Assembly (NCBI GenBank): GCA_963844415.1
Contig: CAWJOA010000006.1
Location: forward strand, 550,494 to 614,493
Source of the DNA: an uncultured Chloroflexia bacterium
Lineage (GTDB): Bacteria > Chloroflexota > Limnocylindria > QHBO01
DNA length: 64,000 nt
Direction of reading: 5' to 3'
The translations under genes and the position numbers were made by a program. Under the pieces are notes generated by a model. That model did not search any database. It saw nothing but the letters and a program-made list of their open reading frames with translations, and was not told the origin of the DNA. Positions within the stretch are counted from its first letter, which is position 1. Every line of letters begins with the position of its first letter. Of this stretch, positions 46,727-55,946 are shown one piece after another.

Positions 46727-47925
46727 GCGGCGGCCGCCTCGCCGAGCGCGGCACCGATCCGTTCCAGCGCCATCTCCACCTCCGTCGCGCTGATGACGAG
46801 CGGCGGGACGAGGCGCAGGGTCGTATCGCCGGTGGCGTTCACGAGCAGCCGGTGACGGTCGCGGGCGATGGCGACCGCCTGCCGCGCGATCGGTCCGGCC
46901 GTCTCGACGCCGATCATCAGGCCACGCCCGCGGATCGCGGTCGCCAGGCCGGCGGTCACGAGGCGCTCGAGGCCGGTCGCCAGCTGCTCGCCGCGCTCGC
47001 GGGCGTTGGCCATCACGTCGCCCTCGTCGATGGCGCGCAGCGTCGCCAGCGCGGCGGCGCACGACAGCGGGTTGCCGCCCAGCGTCGTGCCGTGGTCGCC
47101 GACCTCGAAGGCGGCCGCCGACTCGCGAACGAGCAGGGCTCCGATCGGGACCCCGCCGGCAAGGCCCTTGGCCAGCGTGACCGCGTCGGGAACGATCGGC
47201 GACTGCTCGAAGGCGAAGAACGTGCCGGTGCGGCCGACGCCGGTCTGGATCTCGTCGAGGATCAGCAGCGCGCCGACGCGGTCGCAGGCCGCTCGCGCGG
47301 CGATGAGGAACTCGTCGGTCAGTGGGTGGATGCCGCCCTCTCCGAGGATCGGCTCCAGGAGCACGGCACAGGTGGCATCGGTCACGGCGCGCTCGAGCGC
47401 AGCCACGTCGTTCGCCGCCACGTGGCTGAAGCCGCCCGGCAGGGGAGCGAATGGCTCCTGGTACTTCGGCTGGCCGGTGGCGGCCAGCGACCCGAGGGTG
47501 CGCCCGTGGAACGAGCCGACGAGGCTGACGACCTCGTGCGCGCCGCGCTCGCCACCGTGACGCCGGGCGAGCTTGATCGCCGCCTCGTTGGCCTCGGTGC
47601 CGGAGTTCGTGAAGAAGGCGCGGTCGAACGGCGAGCGCGCGACCAGGGCCTCGGCGAGCTCGAGCTGCGGCAGGGTGTAGTAGAGGTTCGAGACCTGGAG
47701 CAGCGTCGCCGCCTGGCGGGCCACCGCGGTGGCAACCGCCGGGTTGGCGTGCCCGAGGACGTCGACCGCGATCCCGGCCACGAGGTCGAGGTACTCGACG
47801 CCGGCGTCATCGGTCACCCAGCAGCCACGGCCGGAGATCAGCGTCAACGGCTGGCGGGCGTACGTCTGGAGGTGGACCCTGGCCTCGCGCTCCGCGACAT
47901 CCGAGGTCGGCGACACGGCGCTCAC
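46723..47925 (-). CDS. argD: acetylornithine aminotransferase
   Basis: Class III aminotransferase with GTEANEAAIKLAR, LILDEIQTGVGRTG and the PLP-Lys context TLAKGLAGG. The GTG at 47925 overlaps the upstream TGA. Confidence 0.92.
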   Translation of the reverse strand: MSAVSPTSDVAEREARVHLQTYARQPLTLISGRGCWVTDDAGVEYLDLVAGIAVDVLGHANPAVATAVARQAATLLQVSNLYYTLPQLELAEALVARSPFDRAFFTNSGTEANEAAIKLARRHGGERGAHEVVSLVGSFHGRTLGSLAATGQPKYQEPFAPLPGGFSHVAANDVAALERAVTDATCAVLLEPILGEGGIHPLTDEFLIAARAACDRVGALLILDEIQTGVGRTGTFFAFEQSPIVPDAVTLAKGLAGGVPIGALLVRESAAAFEVGDHGTTLGGNPLSCAAALATLRAIDEGDVMANARERGEQLATGLERLVTAGLATAIRGRGLMIGVETAGPIARQAVAIARDRHRLLVNATGDTTLRLVPPLVISATEVEMALERIGAALGEAAAA

Positions 47926-48431
47926 AGGTCCAGGGCCATCGCGTGGCCGACGCCCGAGCGGGCCGGCCACGGGACGCGGTCGGCGTGCAGGATCTCGGGA
48001 AGGTCGCCCATCGGCAGCTCCGTGAACCCGTGACGGGCGAAGTAGCCAGGATTGCGGGTGACCGCGAAGAGACGGCCGATGCCGTGCTTGCGCGCGTCGC
48101 GCACCACGGCGTGGACGAGTGCCTCCCCGAGGCCCAGTCCGTGCGCCTCCGGCGTCACGCTGAGCGATCGCAGCTCACCGATGTTGTCGCCGAAGTCCCG
48201 CAACGTGGCGCAACCGACCACCTCGTCGTTGAACTGGGCCACCCACCACGTGTCGATCGCCTCCGTCACCTCCTCCCGCGTCCGCGGCAGGAGGACGTGG
48301 GCCGCGACGTAGATGTCGATGACCTGGAGGATGCGGTCGACGTCGGCGATCCGCGCGCGCCGCACGTACGACGCGCCCGCGGTGAGCGGCGAGATCGTGC
48401 CGACAGTCCGGAGGTCGTTCCGGCGCGTCAT
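47922..48431 (-). CDS. single-domain GNAT acetyltransferase inside the arg operon (candidate short-form N-acetylglutamate synthase)
   Basis: GNAT core (RSLSVTPEAHGLGLGEALV...). It is translationally coupled on both sides, to argG and argD. The function is inferred from context. Confidence 0.65.
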   Translation of the reverse strand: MTRRNDLRTVGTISPLTAGASYVRRARIADVDRILQVIDIYVAAHVLLPRTREEVTEAIDTWWVAQFNDEVVGCATLRDFGDNIGELRSLSVTPEAHGLGLGEALVHAVVRDARKHGIGRLFAVTRNPGYFARHGFTELPMGDLPEILHADRVPWPARSGVGHAMALDL

Positions 48432-49705
48432 CGGACCGCCTCCGCCGGATCCGGAGCAGCGTCCGCGCGGTCCGCGCCGAGCTCCGCGAGCAGCGAGCGC
48501 GTGCCCTCGACGCCATCGCGGGCGGCGGCCTGCGTCCGCACCGGCAGGCCCCAGATGGCGATGAAGCCGACCGCGGAGGCATGGTCGAACCGGTCGCCGG
48601 TGTCGTAGGTGGCGAGGCCGACGTCGTACAGCGAGTGCGGGGACCGACGCCCGGTCACGGCCAGGCTGCCGGCCGTCAGCCGCACGCGCACGTCGCCGCT
48701 GACGAAGCGCTGGGTGTGCGACACGAAGGCGCGCAGCGCGACGCCGAGCTCGCTGAGCCACAGGCCGTCGTAGGCGAGGGTCGCGAGCCGATCGCCGACG
48801 GAGCGCTTGTAGGCGAGAAGCTCGCGCGACAGGGTCAGCTGCTCGAGCGCCGCGTGCGCGGCGTGCAGCACCACCGCTGCCGGCGCCTCGTAGATCTCGC
48901 GGCTCTTGATGCCGATGAGCCGATCCTCGACGTGGTCGATCCGCCCCACGCCGTAGGCTCCGGCCTCGCGGTTCAGGGTCTCGATCAGGCGGACCCCGTC
49001 GAGCGCCTCGCCGTCGAGCGAGACCGGCACGCCGGCCTCGAAGCCGATGACCAGCTCGCGCGCCGCTCGCGGTGCCTCGGCCGGGTCGGCCGTCCACTCG
49101 AACGCCTCCGGCGGCGGGGCGACCCACGGGTCCTCGAGCACGCCGGCCTCGATCGACCGGCCCCACAGGTTGGCATCGATGCTGAACGGCGAGCTCGGCC
49201 CGCTCGGGACGTCGATGCCGCGCTCGCGCGCGTAGGCGAGCTCCTCGTCGCGGGTCATCCCCATCCCGACGCGCATCGGGGCGATGACGCGCAGGCTCGG
49301 GTCGAGTGCCGCGACGGCGACATCGAAGCGCACCTGGTCGTTGCCCTTGCCAGTGCAGCCGTGCGCCACGAGGCCGGCGCCTGACTCGTGTGCGGCATCG
49401 ACGAGCAGCCGCGCGATGAGGGGGCGGGCGAGAGCGGTGGCCAGCGGGTACTGGCCCTGGTACACCGCCCCGGCCTGGAGCGCGGGCCAGACGTACTCCG
49501 TGACGAAGGCCGCTCGCGCGTCGACGACGATCGCCCGGCGCGCCCCGCCGGCCAGTGCGCGGCGCTGCACCGCGGCGGCATCGACGCCGCCACCGACGTC
49601 GGCGGTCAGGGTGACGACGCCGAGGCCGTGCGTCTCGCGCAGCCACGGCACGGCGACCGAGGTGTCCAGGCCGCCGGAGTAGGCGAGGACGACGGTCTCG
49701 CTCAT
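48428..49705 (-). CDS. argG: argininosuccinate synthase
   Basis: AYSGGLDTS ATP-PPase motif and the GCTGKGNDQVRF motif. Confidence 0.95.
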   Translation of the reverse strand: MSETVVLAYSGGLDTSVAVPWLRETHGLGVVTLTADVGGGVDAAAVQRRALAGGARRAIVVDARAAFVTEYVWPALQAGAVYQGQYPLATALARPLIARLLVDAAHESGAGLVAHGCTGKGNDQVRFDVAVAALDPSLRVIAPMRVGMGMTRDEELAYARERGIDVPSGPSSPFSIDANLWGRSIEAGVLEDPWVAPPPEAFEWTADPAEAPRAARELVIGFEAGVPVSLDGEALDGVRLIETLNREAGAYGVGRIDHVEDRLIGIKSREIYEAPAAVVLHAAHAALEQLTLSRELLAYKRSVGDRLATLAYDGLWLSELGVALRAFVSHTQRFVSGDVRVRLTAGSLAVTGRRSPHSLYDVGLATYDTGDRFDHASAVGFIAIWGLPVRTQAAARDGVEGTRSLLAELGADRADAAPDPAEAVR

Positions 49706-50202
49706 CGCTCGACCTCCGCCGTGACGGTGGCGCGGGCGGCATCGGCGACGATCGCCTCGAGCCGTTCGCGGAACCGCCGCATCGCGCCGGCGTCGGCGCA
49801 GGCAACGAAGATCGTGTCGTCGCCGGCGATCGTGCCGACGACCTCGTCCCACGCCGACAGGTCGACCGACGAGGCGATGGCGTTCGCCGCGCCCGGCGAC
49901 GTGCGCAGCACGACGAGCGGGGGCGCCTCGGCGATCGTGAGCGGCAGGTCGGCCAGCAGCCGTCGGAGCCGGTTCTCGGCGGCCGCCGCCGCGCCCTCGG
50001 TGACGTCGTCGGGGAGCAGGTAGGTGAGGCGTCCGCCGCGCACCCCGCGCACCACCCCGAGACCGGCGAGGTCGCGCGAGACCGTTGCCTGGGTGACGTC
50101 CATCCCGCGCTCGGCGAGCGCGGAGACGAGATCGGCCTGGGTGCGGATCGTGCCGGTCGCGATCAGCCGTCGGACGAGATCGCGCCGCTCGAAAGTGCTC
50201 AT
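49702..50202 (-). CDS. argR: arginine repressor
   Basis: Winged-helix N-terminus (IRTQADLVSALAERGMDVTQATVSRDL). The C-terminal arginine-binding domain shows the GTIAGDDTIFV motif. Confidence 0.9.
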   Translation of the reverse strand: MSTFERRDLVRRLIATGTIRTQADLVSALAERGMDVTQATVSRDLAGLGVVRGVRGGRLTYLLPDDVTEGAAAAAENRLRRLLADLPLTIAEAPPLVVLRTSPGAANAIASSVDLSAWDEVVGTIAGDDTIFVACADAGAMRRFRERLEAIVADAARATVTAEVER

Positions 50203-50221
50203 CGGTTCGTCTTCCTCTCGG

Positions 50222-51001
50222 TCAGGTACTTCCGGCGCGCGCCACCCGCGCGCCCGTCACGGTGGTCCCGGTCATCGCGCCGTCCAGCGCATCGCGCACG
50301 GCCGCCGGGTCGGTGCCGTCCACGATCGAGACCGAGCAGCCGGCCGTCGCCGCGGCGAGCGCGGCGCGCAGCTTGGGGATCATCCCGCCCGACGCCGAAC
50401 CGTCTGCGAGCATCGCCTCGGCCTCGTCGGCGCCGAGCGTGGCGAGGAGGCGGTCGCCACGGAGCACGCCGCGCACGTCGGTCAGCAGCACGAGCCGGCC
50501 GCCGCGGGCCGCCGCGATCGCGCCGGCCACCTCGTCGGCATTGACGTTCAGCAGCTCGCCGTCGGTGGACAGCGCGATCGGCGCGACGACCGGCACCAGC
50601 CCCGCGGCGGCGAGCGCGGCGAGGAGCCCCGTGTCGACACGCGTGATCCGCCCGACGGCGCCGAGCCGCGGGTCGAAGCGCTCGGCGGTCAGGAGGCCGC
50701 CGTCGGCACCGCCCAGCCCGATGGCCGGCACGCCGGCGGCCACCAGCCTCGCGACGAGCCGCGCGTTCGCCAGCCCGCGGAGGACCGCGATCGCCACCTC
50801 GAGGGTCCCCGGATCGGTCACACGCAGGCCGTCAATCGTCGCCGGCTCGTGGCCGAGGCGGCGCGACCAGTCGGCGACGTCGTTGCCGCCACCGTGGATC
50901 ACGACCCACCCCGCCGCGGCGCGGGCGGCGAGCTCATCAATCGACGCGGTGTGCGCGCCGGCCACGCCGCCGAGCTTGATCGTCAGCGGACCGTCGCTCA
51001 T
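50222..51001 (-). CDS. argB: acetylglutamate kinase
   Basis: AAK family: IKLGG..., VVIHGGG, NVNADEVAG. Confidence 0.92.
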   Translation of the reverse strand: MSDGPLTIKLGGVAGAHTASIDELAARAAAGWVVIHGGGNDVADWSRRLGHEPATIDGLRVTDPGTLEVAIAVLRGLANARLVARLVAAGVPAIGLGGADGGLLTAERFDPRLGAVGRITRVDTGLLAALAAAGLVPVVAPIALSTDGELLNVNADEVAGAIAAARGGRLVLLTDVRGVLRGDRLLATLGADEAEAMLADGSASGGMIPKLRAALAAATAGCSVSIVDGTDPAAVRDALDGAMTGTTVTGARVARAGST

Positions 51002-52188
51002 GTCGTGTACTCGCTGTTGATGGCCACGTACTCGGCCGACAGGTCGCAGCCCCAGGCGGTCCCGCGCCCGGGACCGCCGCCGAGGTCGAGCGCGAGCGTG
51101 ACGACGTCCGCGCGGAGGGCCGCCTCGGCGCCGGGCGCGTCGAACTCGACCGGCCCCGCGTCGTAGACCGCCACGTCACCGATGCGGATCCGCAGCCGGT
51201 CGGGATCCAGGGGCACCCCGCTCCGCCCGGCGGCGGCCGCGATGCGACCCCAGTTCGGGTCCCCGCCGTGGACCGCGGACTTCACGAGCGGCGAGCTTGC
51301 CACGGTGCGCGCCGCCGTCCGTGCCGCGGCATCGTCGGGGGCGCCGGCGACGGTCACCTCGATCAGGTGCTGCGCGCCCTCGCCGTCGGCCGCGATCGCG
51401 ATCGCGAGCTCGCGGCACACGTCCTCGAGGGCCGCATCGAATCGATCCAGGTCATCTCCGCGCTCGAGCGGCGCGGAACCGGCGGCGCCGTTGGCGAGCA
51501 CGAAGACCGCGTCGTTCGTCGAGGTGTCGCCGTCGACGGTGACCTGGTTGAACGTGCGGTCGACGATCGGCCCGAGCCGCGCCTGGAGCACGGCCGAGGT
51601 GATCGGTGCATCGGTCGTGAGGAAGGCGAGCATCGTCGCCATCTGCGGATGGATCATCCCCGCCCCCTTGGCCATGCCACCCACCCGCAGCGCCGTGCCG
51701 TCCGCGAGCGTCGCGGTGGCGGCGGCCTCCTTCGGACGCGTGTCCGTCGTCATGATCGCCCGAGCCGCGGCTGTCCCGGCCGCCGGCGACGCCTCGACCG
51801 CGAGGGCCCCGATTGCCTCGCGCATTGCGTCGACCGGCAACGTCGAGCCGATGAGTCCCGTGGAGGCGGGGAGCACCTCGTCCGGCGCGCATCCGACGCG
51901 CTCCGCGACCGCAGCGACCACCGCTCGCGCGTCGGCGATCCCGCCGCTGCCGGTGCCCGCGTTCGCGCTGCCGGCGTTGACGACGACGGCCCGCGCCACC
52001 CCGCCCGACGCCGCGAGCGCCGCCTCCGCCACGAGAACCGGTGCGGCCCGGAACCGGTTCGTCGTGAACGTCGCGGCCGCGCTGGCGGGCCCGTCGGACA
52101 CGAGCAGCACGAGGTCCGGCCCGCCCGAGGCGCGGATCCCGGCTTCGGCCACGCCCACGGCGAAGCCGTGCGCCGCCGTCACGCTCAC
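50998..52188 (-). CDS. argJ: bifunctional glutamate N-acetyltransferase / amino-acid acetyltransferase
   Basis: ArgJ autoprocessing site context (HPQMATMLAFLTTDA) and overall ArgJ pattern. Confidence 0.93.
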   Translation of the reverse strand: MSVTAAHGFAVGVAEAGIRASGGPDLVLLVSDGPASAAATFTTNRFRAAPVLVAEAALAASGGVARAVVVNAGSANAGTGSGGIADARAVVAAVAERVGCAPDEVLPASTGLIGSTLPVDAMREAIGALAVEASPAAGTAAARAIMTTDTRPKEAAATATLADGTALRVGGMAKGAGMIHPQMATMLAFLTTDAPITSAVLQARLGPIVDRTFNQVTVDGDTSTNDAVFVLANGAAGSAPLERGDDLDRFDAALEDVCRELAIAIAADGEGAQHLIEVTVAGAPDDAAARTAARTVASSPLVKSAVHGGDPNWGRIAAAAGRSGVPLDPDRLRIRIGDVAVYDAGPVEFDAPGAEAALRADVVTLALDLGGGPGRGTAWGCDLSAEYVAINSEYTT

Positions 52189-53207
52189 GGGTGCACCCCC
52201 AGCGACGACAGGCCGGCGGTCTCGTCGAGGCCGAGGACGGCGTTCATGTTCTGGATCGCCTGGCCCGCGGCGCCCTTGCCGAGGTTGTCGATGACCGAGA
52301 CGACCACCGCCCGCCGATCACCGACCGCCCTGGCGTGGACGAAGGCGTGGTTTGAGCCGGTCGCCTGCTTGGTGGCGGGCGGCGCATCGGTCACGTGGAC
52401 GAACGGCTCGGGGTCGTATGCGTCGTGGAGCACGCCGGCGAGCGCGGCGTCGTCGAGATTGTCGCGCAGCGACAGGTAGCAGGTCGCGTGCAGGCCACGC
52501 GACTGCGGGACGAGGTGCGGCACGAACGTGACCGGCGTCCCGGCGGCGCCGGCATCGGCCAGGCCCTGCTCGATCTCGGGGCGGTGGCGGTGGCCGCCGA
52601 GCGCGTACGCGCGGGTCGACTCGGTCAGCTCGGTGAACAGGTAATCGGCCCCGGCGTTGCGGCCCGCGCCGCTGATGCCGGACTTCGCGTCGACCACGAC
52701 CTCTCCGTCGAGCGCGCCGCAGCGCGCGAACGGCGCGAGCGCGAGCAGCGCGGCGGTCGGGTAGCAGCCGGGGTTCGCGACGAGCGACGCGCCGCCCAGG
52801 TTCTCGCGGGCCCACTCGGTGAGGCCGTACACCGCGCCCTCGAGCAGCTCGGGTGCCGGATGCGGGCCGCCGTACCACGTCGCGTAGGCGTCCGGGTCAC
52901 GGAGGCGGAAGTCGGCGCCGATGTCGATGACCGTCACGCCGCGATCGAGCAGTCGCGCGGCGAGGGGCGCCGAGGCGCCGTGCGGGAGGGCCAGGAACGC
53001 GACGTCGACGTCGCCCGGCTCCTCGTCGTCGACGGCGAGGTCCAGCGGCGCGAGGTGGGGATGGTCCTCCGCCAGTGACCGGCCGTGGCGCTCCCGCGCA
53101 TGGACCGATGCGATCCGCGCCCGCGGATGGCCCGCCAGCAGGCGAACGAGCTCGCCACCGGCATACCCGCCGGCGCCGACCACCGCGACCCGGATCGGGG
53201 CGGTCAT
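52185..53207 (-). CDS. argC: N-acetyl-gamma-glutamyl-phosphate reductase
   Basis: VAVVGAGGYAGGEL Rossmann motif and catalytic Cys context (ANPGCYPTA). The ATG at 53207 overlaps the argH stop. Confidence 0.93.
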   Translation of the reverse strand: MTAPIRVAVVGAGGYAGGELVRLLAGHPRARIASVHARERHGRSLAEDHPHLAPLDLAVDDEEPGDVDVAFLALPHGASAPLAARLLDRGVTVIDIGADFRLRDPDAYATWYGGPHPAPELLEGAVYGLTEWARENLGGASLVANPGCYPTAALLALAPFARCGALDGEVVVDAKSGISGAGRNAGADYLFTELTESTRAYALGGHRHRPEIEQGLADAGAAGTPVTFVPHLVPQSRGLHATCYLSLRDNLDDAALAGVLHDAYDPEPFVHVTDAPPATKQATGSNHAFVHARAVGDRRAVVVSVIDNLGKGAAGQAIQNMNAVLGLDETAGLSSLGVHP

Positions 53208-54595
53208 GGCGCGAGCCGTTGTCGCGCGACCGCGAGCGCGGCGCGAACCCGGGTCGGCGCGGTCCCGCCGTGGACGTCGGCGGCGGCGACGGCCTCCTCG
53301 AGGGTCGGCCGGACGGCGCCGTCGAGCTCGGGAAGTGCCGCGCGCAGGTCGTCCTCGGGCAGGTCGGACAGGTCGAGCCCGCGCCCTTCGGCATCGGCCA
53401 CCAGGCGGCCCACGCGGCGGTGCGCGTCGCGGAACGGGACGCCCCGCGCGACGAGGCGGTCGGCCAGCACGATCGCACCGGTGTGGCCGGTCGCCGCGGC
53501 GGCGCGCATCCGCTCGCGATCGAAGGCGACGCCGGCGACGACGCCGGTCATCACCTCGAGGCAGAGGCGCGCCGAGGCGAGGGCCTCGAGCATCGGTCGC
53601 CGCGTCTCCTGGAGGTCGCGGTGGTAGGCGAGGGGCAGGCCGCGCGGGACCGTGAGGATGACGAGCAGGTCGCCCTCGACCCGTGCGGCTCGGGCGCGGA
53701 CGAGCTCCGCGGCGTCGGGGTTCCGCTTGTTCGGCAGCATCGAGCTGCCGCTCGAATAGGCATCGGCGAGGCGGGCGAATCCGACGTACGGCGTCGCCCA
53801 CAGGACCAGCTCCCCGGCGAGCCGCGAGAGGTGGCCGAGCAGGATCGCGACGGCGGCGACGGTCTCGGCCGCGTAGTCGCGATCGGAGACCGCATCGATC
53901 GAGTTGTCGGTCACGCCGCCGAACCCCAGCGCGGCCGCGACCCGAGCGCGGTCGATCGCGAGCCCGGAGCCCGCCACCGCGCCCGACCCCGCCGGGCTGC
54001 GGTCGGCGCGGCGGGCGGCATCGGCCAGGCGGCCCGCGTCGCGCTCGAGCATCTCGACGTAGGCGAGCAGGTGATGCGCGAGCAGGACCGGCTGCGCGGG
54101 CTGCGTGTGGGTGTGGGCGGGCACGATCACGTCTGCCTCGGCCTCGGCGCGATCGACGAGCGTCAGCTGCAGTGAGCGGATCCCTTCCTGAAGGTCCGCC
54201 ACGGCCGCGGCCAGCCAGCGCCGCTCGTCGGTCACGACCTCCTCGTTCCGGCTGCGACCGGCCTGGAGCATCCCGCCGAGCTCCGGGCCGACGGCGTCGA
54301 TCACGGCCGCCTCGACGTTCATGTGGATGTCCTCGTGCTCGACACGCCACGCGAACGTGCCGGCCGCGATCCGGCTCGCGGCTTCGTCGAGCGCGGCGTC
54401 GAGGCGGGCGGACTCGGCGGCGTCGATCAGCCCGAGGCGCTCGAGCTCCGTGACGTGGACCCGGCTGGCGGCGACGTCGGCCGCGGCGAGCGGGAGGTCG
54501 ACCTCGAGCGTGCCGCTCAGTGCCAGGGCGGCATCGGCGGCTGCGTCGCGGAATCGGCCTTCCCACAGGGGAGCCTGGCGGGGTGAGGGAGTCAT
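53204..54595 (-). CDS. argH: argininosuccinate lyase
   Basis: Fumarate-lyase signature SSMLPNKRNPD and overall ASL pattern. Confidence 0.95.
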   Translation of the reverse strand: MTPSPRQAPLWEGRFRDAAADAALALSGTLEVDLPLAAADVAASRVHVTELERLGLIDAAESARLDAALDEAASRIAAGTFAWRVEHEDIHMNVEAAVIDAVGPELGGMLQAGRSRNEEVVTDERRWLAAAVADLQEGIRSLQLTLVDRAEAEADVIVPAHTHTQPAQPVLLAHHLLAYVEMLERDAGRLADAARRADRSPAGSGAVAGSGLAIDRARVAAALGFGGVTDNSIDAVSDRDYAAETVAAVAILLGHLSRLAGELVLWATPYVGFARLADAYSSGSSMLPNKRNPDAAELVRARAARVEGDLLVILTVPRGLPLAYHRDLQETRRPMLEALASARLCLEVMTGVVAGVAFDRERMRAAAATGHTGAIVLADRLVARGVPFRDAHRRVGRLVADAEGRGLDLSDLPEDDLRAALPELDGAVRPTLEEAVAAADVHGGTAPTRVRAALAVARQRLAP

Positions 54596-54598
54596 CGA

Positions 54599-54636
54599 GT
54601 TGAGTATTCATACACTCTCGTGCATCATCATGCAAC
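54599..54636. promoter_or_regulatory. tandem ARG boxes (candidate ArgR operator) in the argH / carA divergent region
   Basis: The 18-mers gtTGAGTattcATACAct (54599-54616) and cgTGCATcatcATGCAac (54619-54636) are separated by 2 nt. The second is a perfect TGCAT-N4-ATGCA palindrome. A TATGAAT -10-like element on the minus strand lies inside box 1. Confidence 0.55.
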
Positions 54637-54767
54637 CGAGCGGCCGTCCGCGACGCGAATGGGCGGACGCTCCGACGCGCGCGGACCGGCGTGCGCGCCG
54701 ACGAATCGACTACACTCACGGCGGTCCTTTAAGACCGGCACCGTGATGCCGGAAAGGAGCGAGGTCC

Positions 54768-55946
54768 GTGCAGACGATCATCCCCGCCACGGGGCGCGAG
54801 GCACCTGCCGCAACGCGGCTGGCTGCCGGCTTGGCGGATGGCGTCGAACGCCCACCGGACGGCCTGCTTGCCCTCGCACGCGGACTCGTGCTGCGCGGCT
54901 CGCTCCGCGGCGATCCGGTTGCGGCCGAAGGCGACCTCATCTTCACCACCGCCGCCACCGGCTGGGGCGAGATCCTCACCGATCCGTCATACGCCGGCCA
55001 GATCGTCGTCCTGACGCACCCGATGGCGGGGAGCTACCGGATCGCAGACGACGAGCTGGAGTCGGCCCGTGTCCACGCGCGAGCGCTCGTCTGCACCCGG
55101 CTGGTCACCCCGCCGCCCGGTCCAGGTCGCGCCCTCGAGGACGTCCTCGTCGAGGCCGGCATCCCGGCCGTGACCGGGGTCGACACGCGTGCACTGACCC
55201 TGGAGCTCCGCAGCGGCGGCGAGCGGCGGGCGGTCGTGCTGCCCGCCGGCCCGAGCGACGACGAGGCGGTCGGCGCCGCTCGCGAGGTCGTGGCCTGGGA
55301 GGCGGTCGATCACGTTGCCGGAGTCGCCACGCGGCGGCCCTACACGGTCGCGCCCACCGGCGAACGGCGGGCGCGGGCGACGCTCGTCGACTACGGCGTG
55401 AAGCGCTCGCTCCTCACCGCGCTCGCGGGGCGAGGGCTCGAGATCACCGTCCTGCCGCACGACGCGAGCGCCGCCGACGTCTCCGCGACCGGGGCCGACC
55501 TCATCGTGCTCTCGCCGGGACCCGGCGACCCATCGCGGATGGAGCCGCAGATCGCCACCGTCGACGAGCTGGCGCGGAGCGCGGCGGCCGGCGGGACGCC
55601 GGTCCTCGGCGTCTGTCTCGGCCACCAGCTCCTCGCCCTGGCCGCCGGGGCGGAGACGCGGCGGCTGGCCGTCGGCCACCACGGCGGCAACCACGCCGTG
55701 CTGGAGGCGGTGACCGGACGCGTCGACATCGGCGCCCACAACCACGAGGTCGAGGTCGTCGACGGACCCGAGCTGGCCGCGGCCGGCTACGCGGTCAGCC
55801 ATCGCGACCTGAACGACGGCACCGTCGAGGGCCTGGTCCATGTGAGCGGCCGGATCGCATCGGTCCAGTTCCATCCGGAGGGCGCGCCCGGACCGACCGA
55901 CGCGACTCGCGTCTTCGACCTGGCCATCGCGGCAGCCCTCGGGTGA
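54768..55946 (+). CDS. carA: carbamoyl-phosphate synthase small (glutaminase) subunit
   Basis: EILTDPSYAGQIV and the triad region GVCLGHQLLALA...HHGGNH...QFHPE. The GTG at 54768 follows AAAGGAG. There are about 30 extra N-terminal residues relative to what I expect. Confidence 0.9.
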   Translation: MQTIIPATGREAPAATRLAAGLADGVERPPDGLLALARGLVLRGSLRGDPVAAEGDLIFTTAATGWGEILTDPSYAGQIVVLTHPMAGSYRIADDELESARVHARALVCTRLVTPPPGPGRALEDVLVEAGIPAVTGVDTRALTLELRSGGERRAVVLPAGPSDDEAVGAAREVVAWEAVDHVAGVATRRPYTVAPTGERRARATLVDYGVKRSLLTALAGRGLEITVLPHDASAADVSATGADLIVLSPGPGDPSRMEPQIATVDELARSAAAGGTPVLGVCLGHQLLALAAGAETRRLAVGHHGGNHAVLEAVTGRVDIGAHNHEVEVVDGPELAAAGYAVSHRDLNDGTVEGLVHVSGRIASVQFHPEGAPGPTDATRVFDLAIAAALG

